A stretch of 64,000 nt of DNA, from the NCBI GenBank assembly GCA_017499595.2, contig CM038999.1, positions 124,001 through 188,000 of the forward strand. The letters run 5' to 3'. Below are positions 23,056 to 37,400 of the stretch, piece after piece. Positions within the stretch are counted from its first letter, which is position 1; each line of letters opens with the position of its first letter. A program made the translations under genes and the position numbers. This DNA is from Psilocybe cubensis (Eukaryota). The notes beneath the pieces are model-generated. The model saw only the letters and a program-made list of their open reading frames with translations. It ran no database searches and was not told where the DNA came from.

Positions 23056-25826
23056 AGTTGGGACGTTGGGTGGTTGACGGATGGTGGAAGAGGGGAGGAA
23101 TAATCTGTCGAAAGGGAACAATGGTACTCAAATATGTGTATAGAAAGTCCCAGGCTCCAGCTCTTTATCCGGTGAACTGGGTTATGACTTACGCTTACAA
23201 CGTGTAAGTATTCCGATGATTTGATGATGGATTCCCATGCCAGATTCTTCTTTACCGGCGCACAAGGCATATATGCACGACTGCGCTCTGACATTACAGC
23301 CTTGAACAAGGCGCATGTTGTATCAAGTCCCGTTCACCCAACCTCATGGCGAACAACGATGTGATCTTGTTTAATTGCTTAATCTCCTCGTTATCTTTTA
23401 ACTACTGAAAATTGTAATCAATTCTCCACATAGTGTTTGCAAGAACTGGCTCTTCGTCATCGACAAAAGTATAAATTTGTCACACTGTCAAAAGGCCTGA
23501 GAATATCTTCGACATCTGATAACGACACCCAACGCTGTGTAGTTACGTTGTTGTGTGCACATCCGTGGGGAATCAGTGAGATCTTATCAGTTTGCGCATG
23601 TAAGCTCGGTTGTCCCTAGACACCACATGACCTAATTAGGCGCAGATTTTTGAGTTCACGGTCTTCGACGGTTTAAGTGTTCGACTAACATTGAGCGCTG
23701 ATTTCGAGTACTAGCTGTCATTCAACCGCTTTTGCCTGACCCCCAGAATGGTAACCGTATTCCAGCATCCACAACAAGTGATAATAAAATCAGATCATCC
23801 ATCACACAGAACTATGTCGGCTATACACATGTTGTACAACATCATAAACCTCTGTCGGTGGACCAATGCGGTTATTATAGGAGGCATAACCTGGAAGAAA
23901 GTAATTTATAAGCGGCTGGTAGAGAGAGATCAAGAGGAGTGAACTCCGATAAGGGGAAGAACTGATACTCGCCAGCACCATCGCTCATGTTTTTGTACTG
24001 CAAGAAGGATGGGAACGAGTCGGTAGAGTGCCGAGGGGAAGCGACCCGGTGATGAACCACGCAATCGACGCGAGAGGGTTCCATTCCAGACTTGTTCATG
24101 CATGTATGGTGTTGGCAAATAGGTGCTTGGTGGGCGTTGAGGTCGAATTGTCAGGAGAGTGTGTAGTATGACGCATAACGACTTGATGGATGAAAGCATT
24201 GTTGAAAAAATGAATTGAACCACGCATATATTTAACAAATAAGATGCAAAACATATCAAAACAAACCTTGCTAAAGCGCGTCGTGACCTCTACCTTCAAC
24301 AACTTTGAGAAGGGGTGGGTGGGAAAGCAGACACTCACTGAAACATTTAGGAGTACACGTGAAAAGGCGGCAGCTGCCTCTCGAAGAGGCGCGACAACCT
24401 ACTCTTCCAACTGACAGGACGAAGTAGGCAAATTGCGACAATTTGTGAGGGTGTGACACTTGTGGGAACAGTATAGATGGCGAGCGGCGGTAGTCAATTG
24501 TATTAAAGGCATAGCAAGAGGGAAGGGGATACAAGACGTTGGACACGCAATGGGAGTTTGAAAAAGGGCCAATGAACTTTGAAAGATGGTACAGAGGTGG
24601 AGGGCGCGAATGTGCCTTCTACGTCACGTCGATACTGGACTTCTTCGTCACTCTTACCTTCCGCTCACGATGTCAAAGAAGGTTGCGTACGGCTTTATCA
24701 AACTCCCTCTTCCCTTGCAACAACCACACAGAAACCTCGTCACGCCGCCTTTTATCCTCTTCTGTTGTTGGTTTCTCCAAGTATCCCGGATCGCTGGAAA
24801 TGGTGGTGGCAAAAGAGGGAGAGAAACCGTTGGGGTGTATGTCCTTGGTGCGCCTAGGGAAGAAGCGGTTTTCCAGGAATACATGGACCGGACAACTAGC
24901 AGCTCAGCGGAATCGATGCAGACAAACACATCGGTGCAAATGGAACAGGAAAGAAGGGAGAGATTGGTGGTTGAGATGAGGTAGACGCACGATGTTGTAT
25001 GACGCCGCCGCCGACAATTGGGAAGCCAGGCCTGATTTGAGAAATTAAACAACTTTGCATATTCAAACTGTTACCGGACTTCTGAGCGGAAAAATCCATA
25101 GAATTGATGCTCACGAGTGGAGCCTGGACGGAGGTCGAGTGTGGGAGTGATGTTAATCATCAAGAGTAGAAACGAGAGCGGGGTCGTTTGTAGGTGGAAT
25201 TTGGGAGGATATCTTGTCTAGGTGTGTTTATCGGTTGATATTGCATGCGGAGTGCAAGCTCCTTACAAGTCATCCCCTCAAAGGACAGCGCAACAGCCGC
25301 GTTGCGCGATTTCTCATCCTTGTCCGTCGGCACTGCGTCTCTCTGCGTCTTGAGTCGTCGGAGGTAGTGGCGGTGAACTGCGCAGACGGCGATGGCGTGT
25401 TTGGCCTTGTTGTGAACGTGGCGAACCCAATGTGGCGCCTTTGCGCTGGCTTTGCGAATAACCAGTGAGCGGTCTTTCTCCAGAGGTAGCACTTCCGTAG
25501 GTGCCTTCCACGGGATTATCCCTCTGCGCTAGTATGTGTCACTGCACAGCAGCGCCCCGCCGACCGGTGAGCATTCTGACCGTTGGAAATCAGACAATTT
25601 CTCTCGTATCACATCCCGGACCTCACACGTGTAAATCACCCACAATCTCCTTCCATATTATATTCCTCATAATCTGTTCATCCCATATTTAAATTTTCTG
25701 CGCCTCTCACACATAGCATGTCTGACATACAACATAATTAAACGGATTTTAATAAAACAGTTTTAATTCAACCGTGAGCTCTACAAAGAACACCCGGTAT
25801 GAATGAACAAGTTCGTGTCACTGGCT

Positions 25827-26135
25827 TCAGTGGTTGGGGCAGCAAAGGGCTTTCGTCGTTCCAAAAGCGCAGCAATACCCGTCTCCACACTGGGATCTTT
25901 CGACTTCGTAATAGTTGGAGTTGCATCCTATGCACGTTTGCGCTGCCCTCGACCAGCCTGAATTTGCGGGTTGGCATGAACCATCGCAAAGCGGCGCGGT
26001 GCCGTCCCAGTAGCATCCCATAGCTGCGAGTTCGGTGTTGGACAATGCAGTGTAATCTACTGCTTTCTCAGCGCTCTCAGCCGCAAAAGCAACAGAGGTA
26101 ACTGCCATTAAGAAAAAACCAATGAAAAGTTTCAT
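25827..26135 (-). CDS. Small secreted 10-Cys peptide, copy 2 (102 aa)
   Basis: Starts at MKLFIG. Same Cys scaffold, CCAFGTTKALCCP subtype. Confidence 0.92.
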   Translation of the reverse strand: MKLFIGFFLMAVTSVAFAAESAEKAVDYTALSNTELAAMGCYWDGTAPLCDGSCQPANSGWSRAAQTCIGCNSNYYEVERSQCGDGYCCAFGTTKALCCPNH

Positions 26136-27827
26136 GCTGGAAAATTCCGCTGTAGATATTTTCTTATCAGCTTTTTTAAGCAAGAATTGGGGTGTGAGAA
26201 GAACTTACAATTGTTCTGAAGTTATTGCTTGAGGGATTGTGAGTCGCAAACGGTATTCTTTATAGGCCAGCCACTTTTTGTTATTTTTGTATACACCGAC
26301 CTACCTAGGTTTGTCGGTTCCCTTAGCTCATAAGTTCTGAAATAACCCTTGATACTAGACGCCACATAATGCATTCAAACACCTACTGGACTCCCCCTAT
26401 CCGTCGGAAACTGCCACCGCAATTTGGAGCAGCAGTCTCAAATATGTGATGATCCGTCAGACGCAAATCTTAGAAGTCGAACATTTGACTGTTCAATCTT
26501 CTATTCGCGAGACGTTTGTGTCGACGTAGTCTTTAAAACAGCTTATATGCTATTAGAGTGAAATATTGCGCAATACGTCAAAGGACTACATGGTAAAACG
26601 ACAGAGACTCAAGAAGCTATACTACTATAGCGCTCTTTTGTCTGCTCCAGAGAGTGCCGCCCCGATCTGCGGCTGCAGTTTGTAAAAGAGTAAATATATT
26701 AGCTCAGCGGAATATCCTCGGTCGTGCTATCAAAAATTCGTGATGATCTTTTCCACTTTCATTCAATGTAACAATAATAATTTAGAGAACTCGAAGTCAT
26801 CCTCAAAGGACAAGACGTGCGCAATGGATAACGCACTAAGTCCAGTATTTCAGAAGTGTCAAAAATGGTCATCAAAGTTGTTTGTGAAAACGAATATTGA
26901 AGCTGTACTGACTCATTAGCAGGTCTACAGTGCCCGGTTCCAACCTTGATATAGTACTGATGGTACTGACAAGCGAATATGAAAGTCCATAGCCATCATG
27001 GGCGTATGTCGGAAGTTTGCGAAATGGTTATGCAATACCAAGGGGGAAACGATTGCAGCAATCCGACCATGGCAATGGCAGCCCAGATACAGAACCTGTA
27101 TGTGTCCATTACTCCTTGCCACTTGGAAAACTGACTATGTAGTATCATTGGTGTAGACGAGTACGACACAATCCCGACATTCAAAGCAAAAAATTAACTC
27201 GCGCTGGTCCAATGCATTGATGGGTATGCAAGGGTGTGACCTTGGAGGGCGCTGAAGACATCCCAACAGCGAACTTTTCAAGGTCGCAATTTGCGTCTAA
27301 AGTATATAGTTCTTCCTGGCCCCTTAGACAACTCCAGTGCGGTATCCTGTCCCTCATTGTCTGTTAGACACCCTCATATTGTGTTACAGTGTCCAAGCAA
27401 CGTGGAATTGAAGTTCCGAATGGCTGCCGAGCTCACGCACCCATCGAAATACTCCCTTGAAACCTCATGCGTAAGATCCCTAGCACAGCCTCTCTAGCAA
27501 TTGTGTTCGTACGTGAAAACACTAGACAAGAAGTGTAACATGCTGACAGAAGGTAGGTTACCTGATACCCCATCTACGCTCAGCATAGCTGCTGAAGCGG
27601 TGGGGAGGTGGTGGAGGTATTGAAGAGCATCGTTAGCGAGCATTCGAACGTCGTGTTGATCGATTCCTCGACAATGACGAGGGTGTGGTCCTGGTGGCAC
27701 GTGGAGCAAAGAGATTTGGTTAGGAAGACGGTGGGGAAGATGATGCGACACTTTCAGAAGGACAGAAATGGTTTGAATTCAACCGTGTACTTTACAAAGA
27801 ACAATCGGCATGAATATTTAATGCGAT

Positions 27828-28133
27828 TTATACCCTTTGGCAGCAAAGGACCTTTTGGCCCGTCATGCAGCAATTGCCGTTCCCGCAATCGGATCGTTCG
27901 GTTTCGACGTAGTCGTCACTGCATCCTATGCAGGTTTGAGACGCCCTCGACCAGCCTGAATTTCTTCTTTTGCATGAACCATCGCAGAACGGCGCAGTGC
28001 CGTCCCAATAGCAACCCTGAGCTGCGAGTTCGCTGTCTGACAAGGCTGATAAATCTTTCGCTTTATCAATGCTCTCAGCCGCAAATGCGACAGAGGTCAT
28101 TGCCATTAAGAAGAAGGTGATTGAGAACTTCAT
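27828..28133 (-). CDS. Small secreted 10-Cys peptide, copy 3 (101 aa)
   Basis: Same signal peptide, spacer and Cys scaffold. Confidence 0.92.
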   Translation of the reverse strand: MKFSITFFLMAMTSVAFAAESIDKAKDLSALSDSELAAQGCYWDGTAPFCDGSCKRRNSGWSRASQTCIGCSDDYVETERSDCGNGNCCMTGQKVLCCQRV

Positions 28134-29801
28134 GCTGGTAAAATTTCTGTCAAGGTTATTATCAGTCTCTAGAAAAAGTGTGTAAGAATTTATGTGGATG
28201 ATGAACTCACAATTTCTTTGAGTTTATTGCTTGAGCAATTATCACGGTCGAGTGGTCTCTTTATAGGAAAACTGCACCGGGTTATTTGCCTATATTACCC
28301 AGATTTTCGAGTTTCACAACCTATTTCTACAGGCATCATGACATCATATATCCGGTTAACAAAACCTCTAAGAGACTCCAATAATGCTTCTGAGCAAGTA
28401 CTGCAATTGGCCTATCATTTGAAACTGCTGCCGTAAATTTGAATGGCAATGTCGTCCTATACGTCAGGCTGACTTCTATTCATGTCTGAAATAGCATGGT
28501 CGACGGATCAGGGCACTCTGTACCATATCATAGTACTTCAAATTGACCTCCTAAACATCAACCATAAATGCGCCTGTATCTCAACGGGTACGTGATTACT
28601 GGGTATATACCCTATCAATGGTCCCTTGTCAGCTACAATCCTACGACAGCGAGCAAGATAGTGTCTAAAGGTGTCCATTGCGGCGTTCAGAGCATGTATA
28701 CGGGCCCGACAGAATCTTTGACAGTGTAAGGCGGCATGTATTTGCTACGCTAACCAGAGCTCTAGGTCACTGTATAACACCTTCTTCACTAATTCCTTAC
28801 ACCACTGTAGCGCATCGCTATGGAATTGAGTGGATTTGGTAGGTCGTTCATCGCCTTTGGTATCCTACTTTTCCAAATCGATATTTTGTCGTCAGTGGCG
28901 GGGAGGTGAGTCGTCGTTCTGTCTGTGCGTGTAGTATACATGCAAAAATTAGTAGTTGCTGTGGCGTGGGATCCTACCTTAACACATCCATCGTAACCGG
29001 GAAGAACGTCAGTCACCTATCTACCTCTGCAGGAGCAAAATCATGTACTCCCGATCCATCTCTTTGGTATGTTCTTTTTCCCTACTCGATTTTCTCAACG
29101 TTGGATCCCACTTTATCTCAGAGAGGTTTAATGCCTGTTTGGAGGTAGAGTGCACGTGTTAAAAAAAAGATAACGATGGAGAATATGTATTCCCATGTCT
29201 CATTTTCACTGGGTTTATTCCCCCACACCGCACTCGTCACTCCCGTATCCGATTGACCATACTCCCCAAATCAAAACTATAAAATAATACTACTACTAAT
29301 ATAATATTAATAGCATTCCTGCCCGCCGCTACTGCCATCGCCCTTTACAAATCTTCATCTTTACGTGCACAATCAAATCCAGTGACGGTGTCCTTGGTTT
29401 ACCTTTCCCATAAGGCAACTCGATAATCCGTCCTATGCGTGGTGGGGTTCCCAGAAAACAGTGAATCAAATGTGTACGGCTTGCCGAGTTAGAGTGAATT
29501 TCGGTGGAGACCTGTGTTCCTGCTGACCGCATTTGCACATGTAACGTATGTGCTTAGTTGTGAGATAGTTCAGTTTGGCTCAAAATATACAGTCCCACGG
29601 TTTTCTTTGTCAATGATCAAATGCCACTGAATGCTTACTGCTTCGTGATTATATAGCCCTAACTCCATTCATCATTAGTACATCTAACACTTGCCGCCCA
29701 CCTCCCACAAGGACATGCATACAACTCATTTATGCGCACTGAAACAGTTTTAATTCAACCGTGGACTGTACAGAGGACAATCGGCATGAATGTGTATGAA
29801 T

Positions 29802-30107
29802 TCATACATCTTGGCAGCAAAGGACTTTCTGGCCAGTCCAGCAGCAGGCGCCATTCCCGCAATCAGACCTTTCGGTTTCGACGTAATCGCTATTGCACCC
29901 TATGCATGTTTGAGCGTCACCCGACCAGCCTACATTTTTTCCTTTGCAAGAACCGTTGCAGAACGGTGCAGTTCCATCCCAATAGCATCCCTGAGCTGCG
30001 AGTTCAGCGTCAGACAAGGCGGATAGATCTTTTGCTTTATCGATGCTCTCAGCAGCAAATGCGACAGAGGTGACTGCCACCAAGAAGAAGGAGATTGAGA
30101 ATTTCAT
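29802..30107 (-). CDS. Small secreted 10-Cys peptide, copy 4 (101 aa)
   Basis: The true start is MKFSIS by alignment with paralogs. The ORF-track extension runs through the UTR intron and promoter. Confidence 0.92.
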   Translation of the reverse strand: MKFSISFFLVAVTSVAFAAESIDKAKDLSALSDAELAAQGCYWDGTAPFCNGSCKGKNVGWSGDAQTCIGCNSDYVETERSDCGNGACCWTGQKVLCCQDV

Positions 30108-32616
30108 TTTTGTAAGTTTCTCTATCAAGATTGTTATCAGTATCTCAAGCATGTCGGTAGAAATTTTGTTGTACACTGAACTTACAATTTTGTTGGAATT
30201 ATCACTTGAGCAATTATCCAGGTCGAATTTCGTCTTTATAGGTCGTCTGCTTTGGTTTGTTTTCCTATGATAGCTAGATTGCGAAAATTTTGACCTATGT
30301 TTGGCGACTCTCTTAGTTCGTAGATACCGAAAGAAATCTTTTTGATACGCCACATAATGTCTTTAACGAAGTATTGGAATATCTTATCCATTGGACACCG
30401 CAGCCGCAGATTGGAGCAGCAGTCATGTGTCATGCATCCGGCAGACTTCTGAGTATTATAATGTCTAAATCGCACGTATCAGTGCAATCTATAATATCTC
30501 ATAGTACTTTAAATTGGTCTACTGAGCATCACATTACTTTTTTTGTTGACAGAGAACAATATTTCTAGTTGGAATCGAGGCATCTGCTGTGTGCTAAAAG
30601 TGAAGGTCGTCTACCTAGACTCCACCGAGATATACACTACTAAGATAAGCGAAGTTCTAGATCACCTTACTTGTAATTGTTTGACACTTTTTGCACTAAT
30701 TACTTGAACGACTGTGGCGTGACGTTATAGCACTTACATATTGAAACTCAGGCATTACTGATGTGCGTTCAGGAAAATGTTGAGGTAGAAGGAATACGAA
30801 GGATATGCTAGACGTAGCGAGTAACCAGCTTCTAAAAATATATGATATAAAGTATTGGTTTACTCTATACGGGATGACAATGCCAGGGAAGGGAGACAAG
30901 AGACGAGAAGATGTTGAGGAGAGTGTGTATACAGGAATATGGTACAGAAAGATGTAGGAGACTCGTGTGACGTATAAAACGGAAGCAATGAAACGAGGCG
31001 CTCGGAAAAGTGACGTGTGAATCGATGTACCTTTATAATCCGACCTTTAACCCTCCTATCCCCTGTCCACACACCCACCCCTGCACCCCCGCACTGCTTC
31101 TCAATAGGATCCATCTTTGTCTACAACGCAAAGCGTGGGTTTTTCGTCTTGCACCCTCGTTATTCGCCATATTCTCTGGTTTTTGTTCCCGTTCTCGTTC
31201 AAGTCGACTGGATAGGGGTGACAATGACGTGTAAAATACAGACCACATCAGTTTTTATCACCGGAAAAGGTCCGGCAGACGTGAGGAAACTGACGAGGAT
31301 GGGAAAGGTGCGTGGTGCTAATGGAGGTGGTGGTGGAGAGTGGACAGTATAGAGTTTCGCGGAGCTCAGTTAACCGCTATGCAAACTGTCTTTATCCTTG
31401 TTGACGCAGGGGAATCTCCTCAGTTGGAAAGTAGTCGTGATATTTTCGTTCATGACGGCATTAATGAGGTGGAGTGGGAGTGGGGGAATCGGAAAATGGT
31501 GTAGTTGACGGCGCTAGTGATAACGGTGCCAGTGGGGTGCATAAAAGAGACCAAAGTGGTGAAGATTATGGCAGATCCAAAGCCTAAACCAGGGAGAAGC
31601 TACCAGTTACCCACTCCCCATTCTTACCTCATGCAAAAACCTCAGCCGTCAAGAACCCCATCAACTCGCGCAGGCGCAAGTCGGAGAAACAAACAAGGGG
31701 GTGGTTAGGTCTCTTGATGTCAATGGTGAGGTTGTGGTTGTGCAGGGAGATTGGGTGGCAGGTGTGGCAGGGTCATCATTGTGCGGGGTTAGCAAAGCGT
31801 CTGTGTGCTCAGCGTCCATTTCTAGTTCGGTGTCGCACTAGTCGTCGGTCTTCTGCAACTCCCGGTGGTACCCATCGTGCAAGGCTCCAAGTCTTGCCAG
31901 CCCCTCGCCCTTCTTCAATATCAGAAACAATGGGGAATCTTCGAGAACAGCATGTTGCATGTCGTCGGTGGTATAGTTGGCAATTGGTGTTGAAAACTGG
32001 AAGACTCAAGCTCAAGGCTTACATATTTGCTCTTGTTAGGCCTGGGTAGGTCAAGCGGACCCTAAAAATGATGCATGCCGGTTATCGGCAGCCTCCAAGG
32101 TTGACCTTAATGACAACTAAAATCCTCCAATGCGTGTCCAAGACGCATACTTGTACTTTCTCGTTTCCCACACTGCCACCGTCATTTGAATGTGAGAGAA
32201 CACCGAGAGAGTTCCCAAGAGATATTGAGATCCATTGACGGTCATCAGACGCGTCTTGCGAGATTGTTCTCGCCTCCGAGTCGTTTGCATTGTTGGTCTG
32301 CACAGCGGAAAGGAAGGGAAACGAAGGGGTGCGATAATCCGTCTAGATACATGTACAGTTCTGGGGTCATACTGTGCCGATGTTATGTTGGGTAATCAAT
32401 CAAACAGTGTTTGACATAGGAGCATTAACATACAGCCTGCATAAGCATTAAGAAAAGTCTTTATGGTATAGACCTTAGATTTGGGGTGGCACTGCACCTC
32501 GTTCATTTCATTGACTCGGATTTGGACATACATCGCCCTCAGTAGCACAAAAATTGTTTTAATTCGACTATGTACATCGCAAAGTACAATAGACATGAAT
32601 ATTTGTGGTAATTGTC

Positions 32617-32919
32617 TTAGATCCTTTGGCAGCAAAGAACCTTGTGACCTGTCAAGCAGCATTTGCCATTGCCGCAGTCGGATGTTTCGCTTTCGACGTA
32701 GTCATTGTTGCATCCTACACAGGTTTGAGCGTCCCTCGACCAACCTACGTTCCTGCCTTCGCATGAGCCATTGCAGAACGGCGCAGTGCCATCCCAATAA
32801 CATCCCATGGCAGCGAGCTCGGCGTCAGATAAAGCAGTTGTATCTATCGCTTTATCAACGCTCTCAGCAGCAAATGCAACAGATACAACTGCTACTAAGA
32901 AGGTGATTGAAAATTTCAT
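32617..32919 (-). CDS. Small secreted 10-Cys peptide, copy 5 (100 aa)
   Basis: Same signal peptide, spacer and Cys scaffold. Confidence 0.92.
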   Translation of the reverse strand: MKFSITFLVAVVSVAFAAESVDKAIDTTALSDAELAAMGCYWDGTAPFCNGSCEGRNVGWSRDAQTCVGCNNDYVESETSDCGNGKCCLTGHKVLCCQRI

Positions 32920-34451
32920 GTTGGTAAATTCGCTGTCAAGATTTTGTTATAAGTCTCTCGATGCCACATGTGTGTATGAGGAACTCACTATTTGCTTAAG
33001 ATTACGGCTTGAACAACGCTGATCGTCGAATGGTGTCTTTATAGGACAACGTCTTTGAGATATTTTACTAATTCTAGCTAGCTTGCGGGAACTCCCGTCC
33101 TACATTTGGTGGGTCCCTTAGTTGACAGATACTGACAGAAACTTTTCTACGATGCGCCACATAATGCGCCTAAGAAAGTGCTAGACTCTCTTTAATTGTA
33201 TATATTCAAACCAGAGCCACAAATCGGAGCAGCATCCTTGAGTGGATTACCGATAAAGAGGAGTCAAAACTCACATGGCGAATATATGCCCTCTGCCTAT
33301 CAACTGAATAGCAATATGTGGATACAAACACACACATTCAAATGTTAGTACAGGTAAGAGCGGGATAGTCTTCCATAGTGCTCACTAGGAACTCAGTGTT
33401 CAATCCGAACAATTGATCACCCATAGTAACAATCTATACGTCAACTTCTTTTGTCGATCAACTTTTTGACACTGAAAGGCCTTGCTACTGAGCGCTAAAT
33501 TTGAATAAGTCCAGTACTCCTAGGTTATCAATACCACTGAATACAGACAACATCATTGTTGATCAACTTCTGTCGACAAATAAATGGCTTTCTAGTGAGA
33601 GTTCACCGTCTACTGGGTACTACATTTGAATAGGTGTTCTACCTAGACTTCGAAACAATTAAAACTGCAAACGACCCCTTGTCCTAGTTCCCTACTACGC
33701 AGCTGGCATGACTTTATCAATATACCGTCGTATGTTTACAACCAGGATTGACTCAAGTTTTGACAGTATCGGGAATACAAATGATACGCTACCGGTAACC
33801 AAAAACCAATTTCTCAGAAATAAGTTATAAAACGTCAGATTATACCGGATGAAAAACGAAGGGAAAACACGAGAGAAACAAATATCACATGGAAGATATG
33901 AGATCACACTCGTCTGCACGGAAGAGAATGTGAACGCATGTGGCAGGTGCGGGATGTGATCCTCACCTTTCCAACCTGTCTTTCATCTCAATTATTTTCC
34001 TGCCCCCTATCAGCAACCTCCGACTCATGTCTCTCTCTCAACACACCGTCAACCATGTCCCTCGCAACACCCTCAACCGGACAGCTTACCCAAACCAGCA
34101 TTGCCATCTTACACTGAATACATCTCAAATTTCAAGTGTCGGGGCTTGAGCTTCATCTATACTTCCGAGATGCACCAAATAACCCCATCTCTGTGCGCAC
34201 AAATGTATAATCTTACTATTTGTGTTATGTTTCCCATTTCTGACAAATAGATTTGGCGTCTGACGTCTGACATCCGGAATGGAGGGAACGACCCCACATA
34301 CGTGCTGTTTACCTAAAGCTGGCATATGAATTACCGATACAATTTCCTGATGAAAAGAAGCAGGCGTCTACAGTATGGTGGAAGATGTCTACTATGTATT
34401 GACATATACTACATACAGCGAGAACGAGGGTAAGCGAAACGGAGATTATAC

Positions 34452-37400
34452 CTAATGGCGCATTGTGTGTTTAGGAGATCCATAATGTGTATGAGCAAAA
34501 GTCTGCGATCTGTAAATGGGTTGGTATAAGACTAGCGCAGTGCGCTCGTCGATGACTTCCAGACGGGAAATGAGGATATCGACAATTGATTGGTATCCTT
34601 TCTTTCGTGCAAGTCCGAGTGCTGTATTACCATTGAGGTCTCGCAAATTGATGTCAATGGCGGTGAATGCAAGGAGTCTTTTCACTGTCTCAACGTGACC
34701 ATTACAACATGACCATGTAAGGGCAGTAAACCCATAATTGTCTTGAACATTGACATCTACCTGCGAAAAATGAAGGATAGCATCCACAATCGAGCAATAT
34801 CCTTTACTCGAAGCATGCATGAGAGCGGTCCATCCATTGGTATCTTGTGCATTGGCATCGACTTCCGGCGCAGACAAAATCCGCGTAACAACATCACAGT
34901 GACAGTTGTATGATGCCCATGTCAGCGCCGTGAATGCAAATTTGTCTTGGGTATTTACATTCACCCCTGGAAAGGAAAGGATGGCATCCACAATAGAGCA
35001 ATAACCATCTTGTGAAGCATATTTGAGAGCCGTGAATCCATCGGTATCTTTCGTATTGACCTTTATACCGGGGACAGATAACAGGCGCTTAACCACCTCG
35101 AGGTGACCATTTCCTGAGGCCCATGACAGCGCTGTGAGTCCAAGTTCGTCTTGTATATTTACATCCACCTCCGTAAAACAAAGGATGGCATCCACAATAT
35201 GGTAGTAACCACTACGTGAAGCATATACAAGAGCCGTCCTTCTATTGATACAGTGTTGATTGACTTTTATTCCGGGGACCAATAACAGGGTTTTAACCAC
35301 CTCGACACGACCATTACCAGACGCCCATGACAGTGCTGTAAATCCAAGGTTATCTTGGATATTTACGTCTACCTCCGGAAAACGAAGGATGGTGTCCACA
35401 GTAGAGCAATAACCATCTCCAGAAGCATATATGAGAGCTGTACATCCGTTGGTACACTGTATATTGACATTGATATTTGGGACAGTCAAAAAGCGCTTCA
35501 CCACATCAAGACGGCCATGAGCTGATGCCCATGTAAGAGCTGTATTTCCCCACTTGTCTTGGATGTTCACGTCAACTTCCAAGGAACCTAAAAGGGTGTC
35601 CACGCAACAAGGGTATCCCATCCACGAAGCATACATAAGAGCTGTCAGTCCATCGCAATCTTGACCATTAACATCAATTCCAGAGACCGTTAAAAGGCAG
35701 TGCAAAACGTCAACGCGACCATGACCAGCTGCAAACATAAGCGCTGTAATTCCACAACAGTCGAAACATGTGTGTTTGAGGTCTAATCCAGCGAGGAAGG
35801 AATCCATATTTGGGTAATCATTGCTTCCACTAGTATACGAGACCAATATGTGACTGGGCTGGTTACCCAGATTGACATCAATTCCGGGAATGGTTAAAAG
35901 ACATTTTACAACATCTGTCTGACCTGCAGATGAAGCGATCATGAGCGGTGTCATTCCTTCAGCATGATCAATGTGTTTTCTTGCCGAGTATCGCAATTGC
36001 ATACGAAAGAACTCGTACAACCGATCTGGCCCCCTTATGTACACGTTGGGATTGATGCTCCCGGATGTCAGGAGAATATTAACAATTGGCACATGGCTTT
36101 TGACAGCAGCACGGAAAAGGGCCATTGTAACCTTATGGTTTGAGATGTCAAGATTGGTGTTAGAAACTGGGAAAAAAGCTTGCACAATGTTGTTGTGGCC
36201 ACGAAGCACCGCGACGGACAGTGCTGTAAGCCCATTTCTATCTCTCAAGTCTGGATTGAGTCCTGGAATGCCTAATAGCCCTTTAAATATTTCTAAAGAG
36301 TTTTTTGTGGCAGCAAGCAGCAGTGCAGTGTGTCCATTTTCATCCTGGGCATTAACCTCAATTCCAGGAGTCCGAAGCAAGAGTCTAGCAACATCTGTAC
36401 GATCCTTTAGGCAGGCATATAGAAGGGCAGTGCGCCCGTTCAAATCTTTGACGTTGATGTCGACGTCGAGGCACGAAAGAAGGACACGTACGGCGCCAAG
36501 ATGACCAATACGTGACGCGTGCATGAGGGCAGTAGCCCCTCTGGCATCCTGAAAATTTGTATTGATTTTTCTGTTCGAAAGAAGGTCCGAAATAATATCG
36601 ATGTGACCAAGGATTGAGGAATACATCAACGCTGTGAGGCCCCGTTTGTTGCATAAATTGGGGTTGGTGTCTTTGCGGAGAAGCAACATGTTTACAATGG
36701 TTTTATGGCCTTCCTTGCATGCGAGAATAAGTGCAGTGTCTCCGTTGCTCGTCTGCGCATTGACATCAATACAACTACATTCAAGAAGGGTCTTGACCAC
36801 TGTGATGCAGCCATTCAATGCAGCAAGTGTGAGAGTCGTGTGTTTCTTTGTTGTACGCAAGTTGCAATAACCATCCCAGGATAACGGCATCTGTAGTCCA
36901 TGGTATGCAATAACATGGCTCGGATCAAGCCAACTGAAACCAATTCGAGAGTCAAACAACGGATAGTTGGGAGTTTTTAGGACAAAGTTGTGTACTGTTT
37001 CAGTTGGATATGATTCCCCCTCACACTCTCGAATGTGAGCTGTCCAATTCTGATATGCGTATTCGAGTAAAGGAGCGTCATGAGATTTTACAAGGGCCTT
37101 GAATGCAGTATATGTCAGCTTTTCCAGTGTGGTGAAGCGGAAAGCAGTGAGGTAAGAATTGCATGTGTTTCCAATAAATGCGTGTGGTGCTTTGATGAGA
37201 TACTCAGGCCAATTACTCAGAAACTCGTACGCTGTATGATCTAAGCATAGATTTTATATCAGTAACACCACCCCAGCGAGCCTGAAAAGATAGATTGACT
37301 GACGGACAAGACGAACAGTTCCACATCTTAGCTGGATTTCAATGATTCCGCAAGACGAAGCAGTGATCATATCTTCAGCAGGAATGTTTCTTTCATTGAA

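Noticed and set aside
23700-25700. Overlapping 60-150-aa ORFs between peptide copies 1 and 2 (similar at 30700-32400 and 61600-63100)
   Set aside because: No recognisable motif or consistent splice model. They could be decayed genes, but I cannot support a call.
29802-30353. N-terminal extensions of peptide ORFs (also copies 2, 6 and 7)
   Set aside because: Paralog alignment puts the start at MK(F/L). The extensions run through the UTR intron and TATA region.
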